Of a DNA stretch of 64,000 bases, positions 1-8,663 are shown one piece after another. The position numbers and the translations under genes were made by a program. This DNA is from Candidatus Heimdallarchaeota archaeon. Lineage in GTDB: Archaea; Asgardarchaeota; Heimdallarchaeia; Heimdallarchaeales; Heimdallarchaeaceae. The notes beneath the pieces were generated by a model, which did not search any database, was not told where the DNA came from, and saw only the letters and a list, made by a program, of their open reading frames with translations. Within the stretch, counting starts at the first letter, position 1, and each line of letters opens with the position of its first letter. The stretch is taken from NCBI GenBank assembly GCA_016840095.1, contig JAEOSZ010000024.1, forward strand, positions 1 to 64,000, written 5' to 3'.

Positions 1-1602
1 AGCAGCTGCAAACAGAAAACCAACTATATGTTTCAAGACTTTATACTCTTGATTAATCTCCTCTATAGCATATTTATTTTTGAGCTTACCAAACAATCTA
101 ATTTTGAATAACAATGTAGCTATCCCAATTAGTGGAAAAGAAGGAATAAAAGCCAAAACCATAAATAGAGTTGGATAGAAGATGGGGGAACCTATTAAGA
201 ATAACACTGAAATTAAAGCCGCGAATATAATTGTACTAAAGAAGTAAGGTAATTTTGCATTGAATTGCTGTCGAGGATCAATAGGTAAAGATGCTGTGAT
301 TGTTTCTCCTCCAGTTTCTATATTTGTTAGACTGACACACAGAATGTATGTGTTCATAACAACATACCCCATTAAAACTATAGACAAATCAGTTAAACCT
401 GTATTTCCCATAATTTCGGTAAAAGCTCCAGTAAATCCTAAAATAGCAACGTAAATTGGCATCATAATTGGCATAATTAGCATCATGATTTGTTGCGTTT
501 CTCTAGTTATAATGGAGATATCTCGTTTCATATAAGCTCTTGTTGGAGTTGAAGATTTTATAGAAATATCATCTACAACAGTCTTTTTCCTCTTAGGATC
601 AAACCTCTTTATATCTGGCGAAGAAATGTTTCTCAAATCCCTTAGAGCTTTTCTTACAACTATATAGATTATGAAAACGTAAAGAAAAGAACCTATTACT
701 GATCCTAGAATAACTAATTTTGGAATCGATGAAAAACCTAGAATAAACCCATTTAACAGATATGATAATGAGAAGGGAAAAGGTACAAATGACAAGACTA
801 TGTTCAACGTTGTTGAGGAAGCAGAACTAAGTGGATATATTTGAAAGAGAAGAGGAAGTTTTTGAATTCCAATTTGAAAAATTGTTACTACTAGCATTGA
901 AGCAATCAAATAGATCAGCATTGTAGAAATTCTAATGAAGTTAGCTTTTTTAGAATTGAAATCATATTCTTCCATTACTATTGCTAACCTGCGACTTAAA
1001 ATGACCAGAATTGCTAAATTAAACATGGTGTTTAGAAGTGAGATGATAATACTAACTAAAGAAATGAGTATTATTCTACCTACTCCTATATATGCTCCAA
1101 CAGCCATGCTTACAGCTGTTGTTACACCTACTGGAAGAACTAGGGACATAACAATTAATTGAACATTGATACTTCGTGCGAATGTAAAGAAACCAATCTT
1201 CTGTATATGTTTTCTATTAAAAGGTAAAGTGTGAATCCATTCGTATGGCCCCCCAGACATTATTCCCCAAGAGAGCATTAAAGCAAATACAATTAGGATT
1301 ACTATCTGTAAAACGAAGAAGATAGCCATTGATAAGCTTGATGCAAAGGTTATCCATTCTGGGTTTGTTCCATAATTAATATACGTTTGAAAGATTGAAA
1401 TCACAGGTAAGAAAGCTAAAGTGGCAATATATATTGCTGTCATGAATTTGAAGATCATATCCTGCGATCTAGCCATCTTATCTTTTTGTATTCTCTCAAG
1501 GAATCTCTGCTGGTTACTTCCTGCTGATTGTAGTTGAGCGTGAAGAATAGCTTCTCTATAAACTCTTTTGGAGACTTTATATAACTCTGTATTATTCATC
1601 AT
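1..1602 (-). CDS. ABC-2-type exporter permease (3' end runs off the window start)
   Basis: Not in the ORF track because it is open at the edge. Manual translation from ATG at 1602/1599 gives MMNNTELYKVSKRVYREAILHAQL...; many hydrophobic helices and a WIHTLPF motif; starts 8 nt after the ABC ATPase stop. Confidence 0.75.
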   Translation of the reverse strand, partial: MMNNTELYKVSKRVYREAILHAQLQSAGSNQQRFLERIQKDKMARSQDMIFKFMTAIYIATLAFLPVISIFQTYINYGTNPEWITFASSLSMAIFFVLQIVILIVFALMLSWGIMSGGPYEWIHTLPFNRKHIQKIGFFTFARSINVQLIVMSLVLPVGVTTAVSMAVGAYIGVGRIILISLVSIIISLLNTMFNLAILVILSRRLAIVMEEYDFNSKKANFIRISTMLIYLIASMLVVTIFQIGIQKLPLLFQIYPLSSASSTTLNIVLSFVPFPFSLSYLLNGFILGFSSIPKLVILGSVIGSFLYVFIIYIVVRKALRDLRNISSPDIKRFDPKRKKTVVDDISIKSSTPTRAYMKRDISIITRETQQIMMLIMPIMMPIYVAILGFTGAFTEIMGNTGLTDLSIVLMGYVVMNTYILCVSLTNIETGGETITASLPIDPRQQFNAKLPYFFSTIIFAALISVLFLIGSPIFYPTLFMVLAFIPSFPLIGIATLLFKIRLFGKLKNKYAIEEINQEYKVLKHIVGFLFAAA

Positions 1603-1610
1603 GCATCAGC

Positions 1611-2444
1611 CTATTTTTTATTGTTGGAAAACATTTTTTTAAGATTTTGAATTATATGAGCTACAGATTCATCTTGACTTGTAAGTTTTAGAAAAATATC
1701 TTCTAAATCAGCACCTGCTTTATTAGCCATTAAAGATAACTCTTTTACTGTACCCATCGCAACTAATTTTCCTTTATCAATAATTGCAATTCTATCACAT
1801 ATTTCTTCAGCTACTTCAAGTATATGCGTGGAAAAAATAACAGCACCACCTCGTTCTGTGTGAAGCTCTAAAATTTCTTTGAGAACTTTAGCTGATTTAG
1901 CATCAAGTCCAGTGAGAGGTTCATCGACGATAAGCAAATCAGGATCATGAAGTAGAGACGCTATTACTTGCATCTTTTGTTTGTTCCCTCTTGATAAAGT
2001 TGCAATCAATTTATCATAATACTCAACCGCTTCGAAGCTATCAAAATAATAACGAAGTTTTTCAGTTGTCTCAGCTTCATTAAGATTCCTTATAGAAGAA
2101 ATAAAATTGAAAAGCATTCTTGGAGTCATTGATTTGTAAATAAGAGGGTCTTCAGATACATATCCTAAACGATTCTTAACCTTAACTTCATCCTTACTAG
2201 GATCCAAACCAAAAACTTCGATTTCTCCACTATCTTCTTCAATAAGCCCTAAAAGAATTTTAACTGTTGTCGTTTTACCTGCGCCGTTAGGACCAAGTAA
2301 ACCGAATATTTCTCCTGGTCTTACATCAAACGATAAATCATTCACTGCTATAACTTCACCAAAACTTTTTACTAAATTCTCTACTTTAACCATTACTCCA
2401 TTTTGTTTTCCATTTCTGATTTGTCTTAGTTCTTGTTCTGACAT
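1611..2444 (-). CDS. ABC transporter ATP-binding subunit (multidrug/ABC-2 type)
   Basis: Walker A GPNGAGKTT, signature LSRGNKQK, Walker B LIVDEP, H-loop STH. Confidence 0.95.
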   Translation of the reverse strand: MSEQELRQIRNGKQNGVMVKVENLVKSFGEVIAVNDLSFDVRPGEIFGLLGPNGAGKTTTVKILLGLIEEDSGEIEVFGLDPSKDEVKVKNRLGYVSEDPLIYKSMTPRMLFNFISSIRNLNEAETTEKLRYYFDSFEAVEYYDKLIATLSRGNKQKMQVIASLLHDPDLLIVDEPLTGLDAKSAKVLKEILELHTERGGAVIFSTHILEVAEEICDRIAIIDKGKLVAMGTVKELSLMANKAGADLEDIFLKLTSQDESVAHIIQNLKKMFSNNKK

Positions 2445-2539
2445 TAACTTAACTCCATACTACTTTTTATTACCCTAATTAATATATAATTTTGAAAAGA
2501 AAAATTGTCAATACTATTCAAGGAAATAAGATTTTCTAA

Positions 2540-2599
2540 ATTCCAATAAGTCTCTTCACTCATCACTTATCCAACTTTGACAGCTGTGGAATAGCTCCC
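2540..2599 (-). ncRNA. Candidate structured small RNA or leader (three-way junction)
   Basis: Minus-strand TATATAAA at 2629-2622. Three nested helices: AUUCCA/UGGAAU, CAGCU/AGUUG, AUAAGU/ACUUAU. U-rich tract at about 2505-2495. Confidence 0.4.
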
Positions 2600-2649
2600 G
2601 ATGGATGATTGCTAATACACCTTTATATACCTTTATTTTCGAAAATTCA

Positions 2650-4059
2650 CTAAACAATCTTTGTTAACAGAGGATTTCTTTTCAAAGCTAATTCAGTTGC
2701 TTTGTTAACAAAACTTGCAGGAAATCCTGAATGCTCAAGCAAATTCTTGAACAAAACTTCAGCTTGCTCCTTATCATATAATGAAAACGAAGTAATAATA
2801 TATGACATTGAAACGAGTTTTCTTAATTCATTGAAAACTACAACGGATGCCTTCTCTAGTTGTTGATCTTTCTGTTTTTCGATAATTGATACAAAATGAT
2901 TACTTGTTTTAAATCCTTTAATATCCCCATCTATTAGGTTGATTATTGTTGCTTCTTTTACGAATTTTCCTTTAGATTTTAACTTCTCAAATTGAGATAG
3001 AGACATCCCATAAATGCCTGTATTAAGTATCTGATTATCACCTATAATGTCAAAATCTTCATCCGCCCATTGGATTATCTCTGAAACGATATGTTGATTG
3101 AATATTGATAATGTATCAATAACCAATCTTGTAGTCAGTTTATCCCCAATTACTAATACAGTTTCATTTACAATAACAGGATAGAGAATAGATTCAAGTT
3201 TGCCATCAACTGCATTATTGAGAAAAGCTAATGAAAGATCTTCAACTTCAACAGATGAAAAATAATTTCCAGAATCCTCAATGTTTTGAATTATGTCCAG
3301 AATTTCAAGCATTTCAAACTGAGAATCTTGCTCTGCTAGAATTTTGATTTTTTCAGAAATTAGTGGAAATATTCTAAACGCAATGTAATCAAGTTCTCTA
3401 GGAAACTTCAGAATGCCTAATATTGCTTGAGCTCCTTTTGAATCAATAACAACTAGTGCAGAGTGTTTTTTCTCTGGTGCTAGAAGAAGAATGCAAGCTA
3501 GCTTTTCCTGAAATTCTTGATTTAAATCATACTTCTGTAACATATTCAAAATTTCTACAGCATCCTCCTTTTTACCAACTGTTTCAATTATTTCGAAGTC
3601 AGATTCATCAAATCTGATAATACTAAAAATAAGAGGTTCAGCATCTCTTAGTGGATTCTTTGCAAAGAAAAGTGGAAGGTTGTAGATATCATGAAGTATG
3701 TGTTCCAAAATTAATTCAGCTTCACCTTCAGTGAGTAGATTTTCATCTTTCTCAAAGAGCATAGGTTCAGCACTCAAACGAATCTGTTCCATAATTTGTG
3801 TAAGCTGTTTATCTGAGAAGAGAGTCTCTTCAACTCTTGTTTCTATAATGAATATAAAATCTAAAACTTGCACAAATGAGATGTTTTTATCATGATAAGA
3901 TATAGATTGAAGTTCTTGTCTATGAACTTCTTTAGCAAAAGTAATGATGGCACTAATGAGACTTGTAGCAAGTATTTGCTGTGTTTCTGCATAAACCTCT
4001 GGTTTTGAAGCCAACAAGATTCCTGAAGAAGTTACCAAAGAAATTTGTAAGCTTCGCAT
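2650..4059 (-). CDS. Longin + DENN-like domain protein (paralogue A)
   Basis: N-terminal longin pattern (SGILLAS...LISAIITFAKEV...ELQSISYHDKNISFV). C-terminal ILYPVIVNETVLVIGDKLTTRLVIDTLSIF resembles the cDENN core. Clear paralogue of 4913-6310. Confidence 0.6.
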   Translation of the reverse strand: MRSLQISLVTSSGILLASKPEVYAETQQILATSLISAIITFAKEVHRQELQSISYHDKNISFVQVLDFIFIIETRVEETLFSDKQLTQIMEQIRLSAEPMLFEKDENLLTEGEAELILEHILHDIYNLPLFFAKNPLRDAEPLIFSIIRFDESDFEIIETVGKKEDAVEILNMLQKYDLNQEFQEKLACILLLAPEKKHSALVVIDSKGAQAILGILKFPRELDYIAFRIFPLISEKIKILAEQDSQFEMLEILDIIQNIEDSGNYFSSVEVEDLSLAFLNNAVDGKLESILYPVIVNETVLVIGDKLTTRLVIDTLSIFNQHIVSEIIQWADEDFDIIGDNQILNTGIYGMSLSQFEKLKSKGKFVKEATIINLIDGDIKGFKTSNHFVSIIEKQKDQQLEKASVVVFNELRKLVSMSYIITSFSLYDKEQAEVLFKNLLEHSGFPASFVNKATELALKRNPLLTKIV

Positions 4060-4140
4060 ACTATAGAAAGAGTTTATCTCCCTTAAGTAAATTTCTTTAG
4101 TGGAAAAGGAATATTAATGTACGAAGAGTTGATTAAATAG

Positions 4141-4905
4141 ATGAAAGAAGAAATAATCCTTTACCAGAAATTAACTCATAGAGCTTGGGCTGCTAAAGAA
4201 ACCATCAATCACAATGGATGGTTAGTTAGATTATCAGAGGGAGTTACAAATCGTGTAAATAGCGTTCTTCCTCTTGTATATCATGGTCATGGGGATAATC
4301 TTGAATCAGATATCAATCTTGTTGAAAAAATGTATAAAGAAAATAACCTTCCTTTAGTGTTTCAAATTCCTGATTATGTTGAACCTTCAAACTTGGTTGA
4401 GTTTCTTGAGAATATTGGATTTGAGAGTTTTAGTGAAACTGCTGTTATGAGTAGAGAAGTTAATCAAGAACAAGATACATTAATCAATGATTCATTTGAT
4501 TACAAATTTGAAAAAGATGCTTCTGAACATTGGTTTAAAACTTTACAAAGAATAAACAAAATAGATAACTATAGACTTGAAGCTATAAGAAAAATCATTT
4601 CACGAACTTCAAATTCTAAAGTAACCTGCTCAGTCAATATCAATAATAGAACCACAGGAATAGTGTTAGGGGTTATTGAAAGACCATTCATGGGGATATA
4701 TGATTTATTAGTAGACCCAGATTATAGAAGAAAGGGAATAGGTGAATTCATCATGAAGAAAATGTTGCTTCACGCTTATGAAAGCAATTTGAGCACAATT
4801 TATCTTCAAGTTGAAGTAAAAAATCTTCCAGCTGTTAAATTGTACAAGAAACTTAATTTTCAAGAGCTGTTCAAGTATAGATATATGAAAAGAAAGAGAG
4901 AGTAA
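4141..4905 (+). CDS. GNAT family N-acetyltransferase
   Basis: Motif A VDPDYRRKGIG, LYLQV...NLPAVKLYKKLNF; N-terminal GVTNRVNSV typical of this GNAT subfamily. Confidence 0.9.
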   Translation: MKEEIILYQKLTHRAWAAKETINHNGWLVRLSEGVTNRVNSVLPLVYHGHGDNLESDINLVEKMYKENNLPLVFQIPDYVEPSNLVEFLENIGFESFSETAVMSREVNQEQDTLINDSFDYKFEKDASEHWFKTLQRINKIDNYRLEAIRKIISRTSNSKVTCSVNINNRTTGIVLGVIERPFMGIYDLLVDPDYRRKGIGEFIMKKMLLHAYESNLSTIYLQVEVKNLPAVKLYKKLNFQELFKYRYMKRKRE

Positions 4906-4912
4906 CTCTATT

Positions 4913-6310
4913 CTAAACCAAGTAATCAATTAAAGGATTTATGTTTACTGCAAGTACAACAGCTTTCTTAAAGAAACTAGCTACATTGCCGCTTGCCGAT
5001 GAAAGACCCTTAAGTTTACTTTTGGCTTTTTCTTTATCAAAAAGAGCTAAAGAAGTTAATTCGAGACTTAGATTTACTAGTTTCTCTAAATCGTGTACGA
5101 TTTTGGTTACAACTTCAGCTATCGAAAGACGTTTGACCGTATCAAATAGTTTTTTGAAATGTGTGCTTGAATTTTCTCCATTCACTCTACTAGCTTCAAG
5201 ATTAATATTGGTTTCAGATGTGGATATTTGACCATCTTCTAACAGTTTGTTATATAATGAGGACGACATTCCACATAGTCTTGCATGTAACACACATTTA
5301 CCATTTTTTGACATGTCTTCTTCATTTATCCAAGGATTAACAGAAGTTTGTAAATGTTGAGTAAAAATGGATAACGAGTCAATAACTAATTTGACTGTAG
5401 GTTTATCTCCCACAATATAAATTGGTTCTCCAACAATTGCTGAATATATGGCTTTTTCAAAATTCTTACTGATTGTTCTATCCAAAAATGTAGGAGAGAG
5501 ATCTTCTAAATTCAATTTTGATAATCTATTACCTGGATCATCGAGTTCAATTAGACCATTAAGAATTTCCTGCATGTTTTTATCTTTTCCGAGATTCTCT
5601 AGTTCATTATTCAGAAGATTGTGAAGTCTAAACAATACTAGATTCATACTTTGAGGGAACTTTAAAACACCGACTTTGGATACATTTCCTAAAGATTCTA
5701 CAACAGTATATGCAATGCTTTTCTCATCTTCAAGAGAGGTTAGTAACCCACCAATTTTATCTTTATATCTTTCATTTGCCTTTAGATTATCTAACATCAG
5801 AGCAATCATTGGAATATGTGATCCTGAACCTACTTTGTCTTTTATTTCCCAGCCTTTATCTGAATGAATAATTGTGAAGTAAGAAATATCTGCAGTTTTC
5901 AATGGTTGTTCTGAAATGGATAGATTCAGAAGTTGTATATCTTGAAGACACCTATCTAGGATTATTGAAGCTTCACCTTCTGTTATAGCATTAGGATCAG
6001 CTCCATCCAAAAGAGGACCTGTACATGCTTTTAATTTTTCCAACAATTGATTCAAAAATTGCTCTGTTAAATTAGATTCTTCATCTATGGTTTCAAGTAT
6101 AAGAACAAAATCATGAACTCGAATAAAAGAAACTGTTCTGTCGTGATAAGATATCGATTGTAATTCTCTGTGATGTACCTCTTTTGAAAAAGAAATTAAA
6201 GCTGTCATTAAACCAGTAGCTAGAATCTGTCTTGTGTCGTCTACAGCTTCAGGTTTTGAAGCTAGTAGTATTCCAGTTGATGTTACAAGAGATATCTTAA
6301 TGTTTAGCAT
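4913..6310 (-). CDS. Longin + DENN-like domain protein (paralogue B)
   Basis: Longin pattern TGILLAS...LATGLMTALISFSKEV...ELQSISYHDRTVSFI; AIYSAIVGEPIYIVGDKPTVKLVIDSLSIF cDENN-like segment. Confidence 0.6.
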   Translation of the reverse strand: MLNIKISLVTSTGILLASKPEAVDDTRQILATGLMTALISFSKEVHHRELQSISYHDRTVSFIRVHDFVLILETIDEESNLTEQFLNQLLEKLKACTGPLLDGADPNAITEGEASIILDRCLQDIQLLNLSISEQPLKTADISYFTIIHSDKGWEIKDKVGSGSHIPMIALMLDNLKANERYKDKIGGLLTSLEDEKSIAYTVVESLGNVSKVGVLKFPQSMNLVLFRLHNLLNNELENLGKDKNMQEILNGLIELDDPGNRLSKLNLEDLSPTFLDRTISKNFEKAIYSAIVGEPIYIVGDKPTVKLVIDSLSIFTQHLQTSVNPWINEEDMSKNGKCVLHARLCGMSSSLYNKLLEDGQISTSETNINLEASRVNGENSSTHFKKLFDTVKRLSIAEVVTKIVHDLEKLVNLSLELTSLALFDKEKAKSKLKGLSSASGNVASFFKKAVVLAVNINPLIDYLV

Positions 6311-6391
6311 CTATTCATCCCTTCTAAAAGCTATATAAGAAAATTTCTTTTGGTCTATATTATGAAAAATGTGAAAAAAATTGAGATAAGG

Positions 6392-7249
6392 TTATCTCCT
6401 CTTCTCTTGATTTCTCTTATCTCTGATGATATCTAGAACTTCTGGTGTAATTGTTGAATATCCCATTTCTTTTGCTTGTTCGACTATTTGAGTCATAGCT
6501 CTTTTTAGAAATACTCTGGGTATAGCTACAATTCTCTCACAAGCTTCATCTGTCCAGAATACTTCAGGATCAAGTCTATCAGCTTGATATCTTACAGTAT
6601 CTATGTCAACACCTTTTCCTTTAGGTAGAGGTTCTTTATATGGTGCTTTATGTTCAGCGAACCAGAAATATTGATTATCTCTGTAACCATAATCTATTGG
6701 CAAACTTGGAAACTTTCCGTCTCCATTGACTAAAGACTTATACCAGTTAGGTTTTATCAAAATCTTATCAATTCTTAACAAGTAATGAGATTCGTCTTCT
6801 CTTCCTTTGTATCTAAAAATATCTTCATTGTCATCCCAAGTACAGACTATAGATTGAATAGATTCACCAATAATTGGAGGAACAACACCGTTCTCCTCAC
6901 CATCTACAGGTATTAAAGTAAAGATGCTATCATCAAGTTTCTCTTCTGCTGTTTGTCCTGGAAATCCTAAACGAACGGTATTTTTTAGAATCTTTTTGTT
7001 ATAAGGTATGAAATTTAGTACAGCCTTTTTGGTTCTCTGTATATTCATTGATGTATTACTGTCAACTCGAGATATAAGCATCATAGCATGTTTATCTGCT
7101 ATTCCAAACGGAAAAACTAGTGAGTACGGACCTATGTTTACTGCTCCAGATTCAGAATAAGTTGTTACTAATACAACTGGCATTGGATAAAAGGACGAGG
7201 TTTGATAGAAATTATCTAACACTCGTATTTCTTCGAATTTGTGTTTCAT
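6392..7249 (-). CDS. Flavin reductase-like (DIM6/NTAB) protein fused to a C-terminal PCP_red-like domain
   Basis: PMPVVLVTT...NIGPYS flavin-reductase motif; C-terminal WTDEACERIVAIPRVFLKRAM...AKEMGYSTITPEVL matches the PCP_red helical domain pattern. Confidence 0.75.
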   Translation of the reverse strand: MKHKFEEIRVLDNFYQTSSFYPMPVVLVTTYSESGAVNIGPYSLVFPFGIADKHAMMLISRVDSNTSMNIQRTKKAVLNFIPYNKKILKNTVRLGFPGQTAEEKLDDSIFTLIPVDGEENGVVPPIIGESIQSIVCTWDDNEDIFRYKGREDESHYLLRIDKILIKPNWYKSLVNGDGKFPSLPIDYGYRDNQYFWFAEHKAPYKEPLPKGKGVDIDTVRYQADRLDPEVFWTDEACERIVAIPRVFLKRAMTQIVEQAKEMGYSTITPEVLDIIRDKRNQEKRR

Positions 7250-7254
7250 TATTT

Positions 7255-8118
7255 TCAGCTCTTAGCTATTTGTTGGTATTGTATCTCAAACCAAGATCTT
7301 TTTCGTATCATCTTCCTGAACCATGTTGGCATTATCCATCCTAAGTACATTAGAACATAAGCACCAGCAAAAGATAGGGCTCTTAATGCTGCAATAGTCA
7401 TCATCAAGGCAGGAATAGTTGCTAATTGTGCATCAAATGCAGATAACATTCCTCCAAGCAAATATAATATTGTTCCAAGCCCAATTGTTTGTAGTCCTCT
7501 TTTTCTTACTGGTTGATCAGATTTTCTGGATAATCTCCATGCTCTCCAACCAATTCTTCCTGTAACATAGATTGAAACAATTATCTGTACTAATTGAATA
7601 ACTAAGTAATAGGATACAGTAAATAGTTGAGGTGTAATACTAACTGCCTCTGAAAAGAACAGAGGATTAACATATAAGTCATCTAGCAACAACGAGTATA
7701 CTGGTGAAGATGCAAAAACATCGTACCCAACAAGTGCAGTTGCCATTCCAAAGAAGAACATTAAGAAAGCAAAAATGAAAATCCTAACAATCTCATTATC
7801 TTTCAAAATGTGTCTGCAAGCAAAAATATAGAGAAAGCCAAAAGCAGGAAGAAGCATCAATGGTCCTAATGCTGCAAGCAAATAAGTTAACTCATTAATT
7901 ACTGCTCCATTAAAAATGAATGATATCCTATATGCAATACTTACTGCTGAAGTCGCTGAAAAGAAGATATAGGCAAAAAGGAGCATGAAAGTTCCAATAG
8001 TTCTTTTCCTAAAGAAATTGACTAGTAAGAAAATCACCAAAGTAAAACTGAATAAGAAATTGATTATTGATGTAATCATGAGAAAATAAGTTGAAGTATC
8101 TAAAACTGGAATAGCCAC
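7255..8118 (-). CDS. Seven-transmembrane protein, receptor-like, no fused output domain
   Basis: Seven hydrophobic segments; basic loop between TM5 and TM6 (RLSRKSDQPVRKRG); C-terminal YLGWIMPTWFRK amphipathic tail. GTG start 5 nt after the GTPase stop, with GGTGA SD overlapping that stop. Confidence 0.7.
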   Translation of the reverse strand: MAIPVLDTSTYFLMITSIINFLFSFTLVIFLLVNFFRKRTIGTFMLLFAYIFFSATSAVSIAYRISFIFNGAVINELTYLLAALGPLMLLPAFGFLYIFACRHILKDNEIVRIFIFAFLMFFFGMATALVGYDVFASSPVYSLLLDDLYVNPLFFSEAVSITPQLFTVSYYLVIQLVQIIVSIYVTGRIGWRAWRLSRKSDQPVRKRGLQTIGLGTILYLLGGMLSAFDAQLATIPALMMTIAALRALSFAGAYVLMYLGWIMPTWFRKMIRKRSWFEIQYQQIAKS

Positions 8119-8123
8119 TTATT

Positions 8124-8651
8124 TCACCCCATGAACTCTTCTACAAACCATTTGAAAGCGTCAAAAATCCCTTCTCCTGTCTTTGCAGATGTTTCGAAAA
8201 CTGCCCATTTAAATGGCAAATCTAGTAAGTTGAATTCTTCAATAAACTGAGTTTTTTCAATAACATCAGTAACATCACTTTTGTTAAGCAGTACTAAGAT
8301 ATTAAGCTCGTTTCCAAGCTGTGCACTTACTGTTTGTTGAAAGACATTTTTAGCTTCTTCGAATCTCATTGCATTGGATCTATCAACTACAAATACTATT
8401 CCATCAGATTTCTCATTTATGCTATGCCACATATTTCGGAAATCTTCCTGACCAGCTAAATCAAATACATTGATTTGTAGATTAGGTAAATGCAAAGTTT
8501 CTCTGTTAACACCCATAGTAGGTGTTGTTTCTACGAATTCTCCTGTTTCCAAGTATCGTAATATTGTTGTTTTTCCAGCATCATCTAAACCACATATGGT
8601 TATATCAGCATGCTTGGATTTGCTTTTGAATAAGTTACGTAAGAATGACAT
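8124..8651 (-). CDS. Arf-related small GTPase (Asgard ArfR-like)
   Basis: G1 GLDDAGKTT, G2 TTPTMG, G3 FDLAGQ followed by FRNMW, G4 NKSD, G5 SAK; N-terminal amphipathic MSFLRNLF. Confidence 0.9.
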   Translation of the reverse strand: MSFLRNLFKSKSKHADITICGLDDAGKTTILRYLETGEFVETTPTMGVNRETLHLPNLQINVFDLAGQEDFRNMWHSINEKSDGIVFVVDRSNAMRFEEAKNVFQQTVSAQLGNELNILVLLNKSDVTDVIEKTQFIEEFNLLDLPFKWAVFETSAKTGEGIFDAFKWFVEEFMG

Positions 8652-8663
8652 CTCTTTCCCTCA

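Noticed and set aside
2546-2570. GUGAUGA as a C/D-box guide RNA or hammerhead ribozyme core
   Set aside because: No CUGA D/D' boxes at suitable spacing, and the hammerhead CUGAUGA...GAAA core is absent; kept only as an unclassified RNA candidate.
6392-6560. PCP_red domain as evidence of (bacterio)chlorophyll synthesis
   Set aside because: Only the small accessory domain is present; no bch/chl genes in the window.
7255-8118. 7TM protein as a microbial rhodopsin
   Set aside because: No retinal-binding Lys motif in TM7.
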